From NCBI GenBank assembly GCA_039208735.1, contig JBCCQY010000215.1, positions 1 through 12,667 of the forward strand: DNA of 12,667 nt, written 5' to 3'. The translations under genes and the position numbers were made by a program. Below the pieces are notes generated by a model. The model had not been told where the DNA came from. It searched no databases and saw only the letters and a program-made list of their open reading frames with translations. This document shows, piece after piece, positions 7,292 to 12,667 of the stretch. The stretch comes from Myxococcota bacterium. GTDB taxonomy: Bacteria; Myxococcota_A; UBA796; GCA-2862545. Each line of letters begins with the position of its first letter. Position 1 is the stretch's first letter.

Positions 7292-9073
7292 TTATGCGGA
7301 TTGAGGGGTCGCTTCCTCGGATTCGTCGTGCTCTTCGGCGAACTGACTGGCGAACAGGTCGGCGTAGGCGCCTTCGCGGGCCAGAAGTTCGGTGTGGCTG
7401 CCCGATTCGAGGACCCGGCCATGGTCGAGGACCACGATGCGGTCTGCTCCGGTGATCGTGGACAGTCGGTGGGCCACGACGAGTACGGTACGTTTATCAA
7501 ACAGCGCCTGCGTGGCCTCTTGGATTCGGGACTCGGTGAGGGTGTCGACCGACGCGGTGGCCTCATCGAGGATGACGAGCGGGGCCTCGTGGGCCAGCGT
7601 GCGGGCAAACGACAGCAACTGGGCTTCGCCGACGCTCACGTTGCGCCCGCCGTACTCGATGCGGCCATCCAGCCCGCCCAGACGCGCCACCACCTCGTGG
7701 GCCTGAGCCAGGCGGATGGCCTCTTTCAGCTCGGCATCGTCGATGTCGTGGCCGAGGGTCAGGTTGAACCGGACGTCACCTGGGAACAGCACCACATCCT
7801 GCTGGACGGTGGTGATGCGTCGGCGGAGGGCAGCCAGGGTGATGCGCTTCAGCTCGACGCCATCGATGCTCGCCTGACCGGTGTAGCCATCGTAAGCCCG
7901 CATGAGCACACGGCCAATCGTCGTCTTGCCCGAGCCGGTCCGTCCAACCAACGCGACCACTTCGCCGGGGGCAATGGTGAGGTCGATGCCTTTGATGACC
8001 TCGGGGCCGCTTCCATAGGCGAAATGCAGGTCGTGCAGCTCGACCGCGCCGACCTCGGTGGGCAGTTCGAGATCGCCCGGTGCGATGTGCTCCTCGTGGT
8101 CCAACAGCGAGAAGATCTTCTCGAGCGCCGCACCGGCCCGCTGCAAGATGGCCAGCTTGGCGGACAACTCCCGAATCGGGGTGAACAGCTTGCCGATGTA
8201 CTCGATGAACGCTGCGATGAGTCCGGCGCTGACGATGCCTTCAAAGAACGACGCGCCCGAGTACCAGAGCATGAGCGCCATCGTGATCGACGTCAGCCCA
8301 TCGACGATGGCGTAAAGCAGTGCATCGAAGATGTTCGTGCCCACGGTGGCGCTGCGGTAGGACGTCAACCGGTCGTCGAACTGCGAAAGGACGCGTTCCT
8401 CGTCGCGGTAGAGCTGCACGACCTCGACGCCCGAAATGCGCTCGGCGGTGTAGGCATTGAGTTCGGACAGTGTGGTGCGCACGGCCTGAAAGAGCTTTCG
8501 TAGGCGTCGCCGGATGAGTTCGACGGCGAGGGCCAAAGGGGGAGCCACGAGCAACAGCACCGCGGTCAGCCAAGGGTCGAGCGACACCATGGCGAAGAGA
8601 ATGCCCAAGACGAGCAGGATGTCGAGCACGATCGTGAAGGCACCCGCCGATAAGGTCTCGCCAAGCGACTCGACGTCAGATGTGGCGCGGGTGAGCAGCC
8701 GTCCGGTGGGTTCGCGGTCGAAAAAGCTGGGCGCGAGCGACAGGGTGTGTCGGAACACCTCATCTCGCAGCTGGGTGATGGACCGGGTTGCGCCATACGA
8801 AATCGCAAGCGTATACCCGGCTTCTGCGACGAACGAGATGAACACCGCGCCAAGGAACATCATGGCGATGGCCAAGATGGCGTCGACGTCGCCAGGAACG
8901 ATGCCTTCGTCGATGGCGCGCTTCAGCAGGTAAGGCTGGACCACCGTGAGCATGGCCGACAGCGGTGCGAGGGCCATCGCCACGATGTAGTAGGGACTTT
9001 CGCTGCGCAGGTAAGGAAGCAGCTTGGTCAGGAGGGACCAGTCGCTCTGGCCCTCGGGTTCTTCAAGCAACAT
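7292..9073 (-). CDS. ABC exporter half-transporter (TMD-NBD), MdlB/YheH-like subunit of a heterodimer
   Basis: Hydrophobic N-terminal TMD with FFDREPTGRLLTR, Walker A GRTGSGKTT, degenerate signature VSVGE, Walker B VILDE, H-switch VAHR. The ATG overlaps the upstream TGA at 9073. Confidence 0.93.
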   Translation of the reverse strand: MLLEEPEGQSDWSLLTKLLPYLRSESPYYIVAMALAPLSAMLTVVQPYLLKRAIDEGIVPGDVDAILAIAMMFLGAVFISFVAEAGYTLAISYGATRSITQLRDEVFRHTLSLAPSFFDREPTGRLLTRATSDVESLGETLSAGAFTIVLDILLVLGILFAMVSLDPWLTAVLLLVAPPLALAVELIRRRLRKLFQAVRTTLSELNAYTAERISGVEVVQLYRDEERVLSQFDDRLTSYRSATVGTNIFDALLYAIVDGLTSITMALMLWYSGASFFEGIVSAGLIAAFIEYIGKLFTPIRELSAKLAILQRAGAALEKIFSLLDHEEHIAPGDLELPTEVGAVELHDLHFAYGSGPEVIKGIDLTIAPGEVVALVGRTGSGKTTIGRVLMRAYDGYTGQASIDGVELKRITLAALRRRITTVQQDVVLFPGDVRFNLTLGHDIDDAELKEAIRLAQAHEVVARLGGLDGRIEYGGRNVSVGEAQLLSFARTLAHEAPLVILDEATASVDTLTESRIQEATQALFDKRTVLVVAHRLSTITGADRIVVLDHGRVLESGSHTELLAREGAYADLFASQFAEEHDESEEATPQSA

Positions 9074-10824
9074 CAGGCGGTCTCCGCGACGGGCTCAGGC
9101 TCGGATTGGCGGAGCCACGCTTCGCGATAAGGGGAATCGATCGTCATCAATTCGTCGTGGTTTCCCGTTGCTACCACCTTGCCCTTGTCGAGCACGACGA
9201 TGATGTCGGCATGGCGCAAGGCAGAGATTCGGTTGGCCACGATGAGCGTCGTGGGACGTCGTTCCATGCGTTGTAGTTCGGAGATGAGCGTCGCTTCGGT
9301 GGCGTGGTCGACCGCCGAGAGCACGTCGTCGAGAATGAGCACGTTGGCATTGCGTGAAAGGCCACGCGCGAGCGCCACCCGCTGGCGTTGCCCACCCGAC
9401 AGCGTCAGTCCGGCTTCCCCGACCTCGGTGCGTACGCCGTTGGGGAGGGCATCCATGTCGACCTTGAGCTGGGCTCGCTCCAGCAGCGGGTCGAGGATGC
9501 CGGGGTCGGCACCCAACAGCACGTTGTCGGAGACGGTTTCGGAGAACAGGAAAGCCCGCTGGGGAACGAGCACCGCCCGGTCGCGCCAGTCCATCAGGTC
9601 CAGCTGGCGAACGTCCACGCCGTCGACGAACACCGTGCCCGCAGGCGGATCTTCGAGCCGGGTAAGGCATCGCAATAGGGTGGACTTGCCCGAGCCCGTG
9701 GGCCCGAACACGCCAAGCGTACCGCCCGCAGGCACGCTGACCGACACGTTCTCGAGGGCCGGAGCGGCATCCGAATCGGCGTCTGGGTAGCGGTAGGTCA
9801 GCCCTTCAAACCGAATGCCCGGCGGGGCCTTGGGAGGGGCTTCGGGATTCGGCAGGTCAGGTCGGGTGGGAGGGCGCGACAGGATGACGTCGAGTCGTTC
9901 CATGGCCGCTTGGGCTTGGCGAAACAGCGACAGGATGAAGGTCATGCCTCGCAGGGGGCCCGTCAGGTAGGTCACGAGGGTGATGAAAGCGACCAACTCG
10001 CCCACTGTGAGCGTGCCCGCCGACGGCATCGGTCCACCAATCCAGAGCAGCAGGAAAATGTTGAAGCTTGCGGCAAGGGAGAGCACGGGTCCAATGCCTA
10101 CGCGAAGCCGGGCGCGTTCGAGTTGGGCTTCCAAGGCTTCGCGATTTAGAGGGGCAAATCGTTCGCGAACCGGCGCTTCTGCCCCGAAGGCTTTGAGCGT
10201 AGCGACACCTTGGTAGGACGACAGCACAAAGTCTGACAGCGCACTCGTGGCTTCCTGCATTCGCTGTTGGATTCGGCGGAAACGGCCGACGAACGCGAGG
10301 GTAATCGAAAACCCAATCACGAGCGGAAGGGTCACGGCCACGGCAAGGGTTGGCGACAACCGCACCATCTGGCTGGCGGTGAGTCCCATGGCGATGATGG
10401 TGTTGACGATGCCAAGGATCGTGAACCCGAACAGCAACCGCACCATCTGCACATCGGAGGTGATGCGATTCATCAGGTCGCCGGCGGGGAACTCCGCGTG
10501 GAAGTCGGGCTGATGACGCAAGATGCTCGCAAACAGGTCCCGTTTGAGGCGGGCTTCGACGAGACGGCCCGGGGTGAAGAAGAGGAGTCGCGAGGACCAT
10601 CGGACCAAGATCACGAGCCCGCCCATGACGGCGACGTAGGCCGCGGCCTCAACGACCTCTCCGCGGCTCGCGGGCCCCTCCCTTAGGGCATCGATCCCTT
10701 GAGCTAAGTAGAGAGGAATGGTCACGGAAAGTGCGTTGGTCGCTGCGATGAGCAACGTTCCAACGACATACCACCACACGTACGGTCCGCCGTACCGCCG
10801 AAAAAACTGGACGAGGAGTTTCAC
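9073..10824 (-). CDS. ABC exporter half-transporter (TMD-NBD), MdlA/YheI-like subunit of a heterodimer
   Basis: TMD with GDLMNRITSD, Walker A GPTGSGKST, Q-loop VPQ, signature LSGGQ, degenerate Walker B LILDD and switch VANR. GTG start. Confidence 0.93.
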   Translation of the reverse strand: MKLLVQFFRRYGGPYVWWYVVGTLLIAATNALSVTIPLYLAQGIDALREGPASRGEVVEAAAYVAVMGGLVILVRWSSRLLFFTPGRLVEARLKRDLFASILRHQPDFHAEFPAGDLMNRITSDVQMVRLLFGFTILGIVNTIIAMGLTASQMVRLSPTLAVAVTLPLVIGFSITLAFVGRFRRIQQRMQEATSALSDFVLSSYQGVATLKAFGAEAPVRERFAPLNREALEAQLERARLRVGIGPVLSLAASFNIFLLLWIGGPMPSAGTLTVGELVAFITLVTYLTGPLRGMTFILSLFRQAQAAMERLDVILSRPPTRPDLPNPEAPPKAPPGIRFEGLTYRYPDADSDAAPALENVSVSVPAGGTLGVFGPTGSGKSTLLRCLTRLEDPPAGTVFVDGVDVRQLDLMDWRDRAVLVPQRAFLFSETVSDNVLLGADPGILDPLLERAQLKVDMDALPNGVRTEVGEAGLTLSGGQRQRVALARGLSRNANVLILDDVLSAVDHATEATLISELQRMERRPTTLIVANRISALRHADIIVVLDKGKVVATGNHDELMTIDSPYREAWLRQSEPEPVAETA

Positions 10825-10851
10825 AGCGCTGGTGTATCGTGAGGCCCTTCG

Positions 10852-11403
10852 TCAGGGGCGGACGAGGAAACGTCCTTTGAGTACGTCAGGGGCGACGACC
10901 AGGCCGGGCGGTCCTTGAATGATCGCCACGTGCAGCGACAGCACATGGGGCCCGATCTTCACGACGACGGCACGTTCCGTCCCTGTGGGCTGCCACTCGG
11001 ACAGCGTGGTCTGTGTACGGGTGAGGTCGACCTTGGCAGGAATGGGCGAGCCATCAACAAAGGCTTCGAACTGCATGGGCAGGATGGGTAGTTCGACATC
11101 GAACTCGGGATCGAGGAGGTCGCTCTCGGCCGGCGTAGGGGCCGTCCATTCAAGATCGATGTCGGTGTCGTCGGTGATTTCGACGTCGTCCCAGTCGGTG
11201 ACCACGATAGGGGTGGTGTCTTCCTCCGTCCATCGCGACGCTTCGTCTTCTTCGTCGTCGGGCCATTGGTCGGGATCATCGAGCCCGTCGTCCATGGGAT
11301 CGCCCTCGGCCTCGATGAAATCGAGGTCTTCATCGAGGTCGTCGTTGCCCGGGTTGGTACCGGACGGCGGCCGGGGCTTGGTCGGCTGACGAGGGTCGGA
11401 CAT
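10852..11403 (-). CDS. Hypothetical protein with a highly acidic, probably disordered N-terminal region and a small beta-rich C-terminal domain resembling a degenerate retropepsin-like protease
   Basis: Fills the gap between the Nudix gene (9 nt away) and the ABC gene (27 nt away) on the same strand. Residues 21-104 are 38/84 D/E by hand count. The C-terminus contains IPAKVDLTRTQT and LVVAPDVLKGRFLVRP. Confidence 0.75.
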   Translation of the reverse strand: MSDPRQPTKPRPPSGTNPGNDDLDEDLDFIEAEGDPMDDGLDDPDQWPDDEEDEASRWTEEDTTPIVVTDWDDVEITDDTDIDLEWTAPTPAESDLLDPEFDVELPILPMQFEAFVDGSPIPAKVDLTRTQTTLSEWQPTGTERAVVVKIGPHVLSLHVAIIQGPPGLVVAPDVLKGRFLVRP

Positions 11404-11412
11404 GCGACCGGC

Positions 11413-11877
11413 TTAACGCTCGGAATGCGAGTTCGCCGCCACGAACAATTCACGAGGAAAAGGAAGTGGCAGGCAGGCAACCGCTTCATCCGCTGTAACC
11501 CAGCGTGCTTCCGTGGTTTCTACTCCATCACAGTGCAGCGCCCCACCGACGATTTCACACCGAAACACACAGATGGTCGCTTCGACTTCGTCACCGTTTC
11601 GGTACCGATGGCGGAACGGTAGGCCTCCTAGCACGTCGAGAAGTTCGACCGGCTTAACCTCAAGCCCACTTTCTTCTTGAGTTTCTCGCACGACGGCTTC
11701 TCGAGGAGATTCCCCAGGATCGATCGCACCCGCGGGAAGCGACCAAAATCCTTCGGTGGTGCGAAGCACCAGCACCCGGCCTTCATCGTCATGGACCACC
11801 GCGGCGACTCCGGGAATCAAGATTAGTGCATTGCCGACCCGGTCGCGCAACTGTCGCATGTACGGCGACATGGGCAT
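11413..11877 (-). CDS. Nudix hydrolase (about 154 aa)
   Basis: Complete Nudix box GAIDPGESPREAVVRETQEESGL (GX5EX7REUXEEXGU), plus SPYMRQLRDRVG and YRNGD motifs. Probable start is ATG at 11877 with SD GGAGG at 11885-11889. Confidence 0.92.
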   Translation of the reverse strand: MPMSPYMRQLRDRVGNALILIPGVAAVVHDDEGRVLVLRTTEGFWSLPAGAIDPGESPREAVVRETQEESGLEVKPVELLDVLGGLPFRHRYRNGDEVEATICVFRCEIVGGALHCDGVETTEARWVTADEAVACLPLPFPRELFVAANSHSER

Positions 11878-12064
11878 TGAAGGGCCTCCATCATCAAAGG
11901 AGCACAGTTGGATTTGCGTGCGGACCCACGCAGGTCGGTTTCGTCGCGGCTCCCGCAAGCGATGACTTTCCTTCCTTACCCGCCCACCTATGCCTTAGCC
12001 ATTGCGGAATAAGTCAACTTTCCCCAAGGCTCTCGGTAGGCTGGTCGGACTTCAGGAGGTAAGC

Positions 12065-12460
12065 ATGAAGTGGACTTGGATGGCGTTGCTCGTGGCCGTG
12101 GTGGGATGTGACAACGAGGCTCCAACCGAACGCGAAGCGCTCAACGACGACGCGCACTTGTTCGCATTCAACGACTGCGCAGATGACTACTTCGATTGCA
12201 TCTTCGACTGTGGGTTCGATTTCGGATGCCGGTCGGACTGCCGCGACGATTTTGATGCCTGCCTCGATCAAACCAACCCTCCTACGAGTGGCGGAGGCGG
12301 TTCGTCGTCTTGCTCCTCGTCGCGTTCGGTCAACGGAACGACCCAGTCGGCCGACTGCAACAGTGGCCAGTGCACGTGTGAGGAGAATGGCGTTCAGGTT
12401 GGTACCTGCTCGGGCGACAGCTGCAACCTCGACACCGGTTGCTGCGCGTCGGTGTTCTAA
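12065..12460 (+). CDS. Cysteine-rich putative lipoprotein (131 aa, 15 Cys)
   Basis: SD AGGAGGT 12054-12060 and ATG 12065; signal peptide MKWTWMALLVAVVG-C with a lipobox-like Cys15; two Cys modules joined by a PPTSGGGGSSS linker. Confidence 0.85.
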   Translation: MKWTWMALLVAVVGCDNEAPTEREALNDDAHLFAFNDCADDYFDCIFDCGFDFGCRSDCRDDFDACLDQTNPPTSGGGGSSSCSSSRSVNGTTQSADCNSGQCTCEENGVQVGTCSGDSCNLDTGCCASVF

Positions 12461-12666
12461 TCGACGGGTTCGTCGGGTGAGGTCACCAGCCGAACGTGCT
12501 CAGGAATGCGGTAGCCCCCCGACGTTCGCTCGATGACCGGATCGAGCCCCGCGCGACGCATTTTCGAAAGCGCGACCCAGAGTCGATTTTCGAGGGCGCG
12601 CCGGGCGGACCGGTCATTGGGCCACGCGGCGTCGAGCAGCGTGGCGCTCGGCACGGATGCCCCAGG
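12457..12666 (-). CDS. 3' end of a gene entering from the right edge; C-terminal OmpR/PhoB-like winged helix-turn-helix
   Basis: Frame is open to the window edge: PGASVPSATLLDAAWPNDRSARRALENRLWVALSKMRRAGLDPVIERTSGGYRI. The LLxxxW ... NRLWVALSKMRR ... GYRI pattern resembles Trans_reg_C wHTH domains. The stop overlaps the convergent lipoprotein stop (12457-12460). Confidence 0.72.
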   Translation of the reverse strand, partial: PGASVPSATLLDAAWPNDRSARRALENRLWVALSKMRRAGLDPVIERTSGGYRIPEHVRLVTSPDEPVD

Positions 12667-12667
12667 G

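Noticed and set aside
12065..12460. Cys-rich lipoprotein as a substrate of the DsbA-like selenoprotein, or as a RiPP exported by the ABC pair
   Set aside because: The selenoprotein has no signal peptide while the lipoprotein is Sec-exported. The ABC subunits lack a peptidase domain and no modification enzymes are present.

Overview
GC-rich bacterial window, plausibly Myxococcota (inferred only from the Cys-rich lipoprotein, the DPF-repeat tail and the C-terminal wHTH type). Left to right: (1) the 3' end of a + strand gene with DPFGGAPAA repeats and an amphipathic tail, possibly coxG-like and missed by the ORF track; (2) a tightly coupled minus-strand operon coxS-coxL-coxM-coxD-coxE encoding a form II (AYRGAGR) CO-dehydrogenase-like molybdenum hydroxylase with MoxR/VWA partners; (3) an orphan peptidase M15A; (4) a divergent DsbA/FrnE-family gene; (5) a minus-strand operon of a Nudix hydrolase, an acidic protein with a possibly degenerate retropepsin-like domain, and an asymmetric heterodimeric ABC exporter; (6) a 15-Cys lipoprotein; (7) the 3' end of a wHTH-terminated gene. 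The main hidden signal is the DsbA/FrnE gene. It appears to start at 6595 rather than 6772 and has an in-frame TGA exactly at the first Cys of the CPWC motif (SDYI-U-PWCY), followed directly by a bacterial SECIS-like hairpin. It is therefore a probable selenoprotein that standard ORF calling truncates. All family calls come from motif recognition by eye; no database searches were run.
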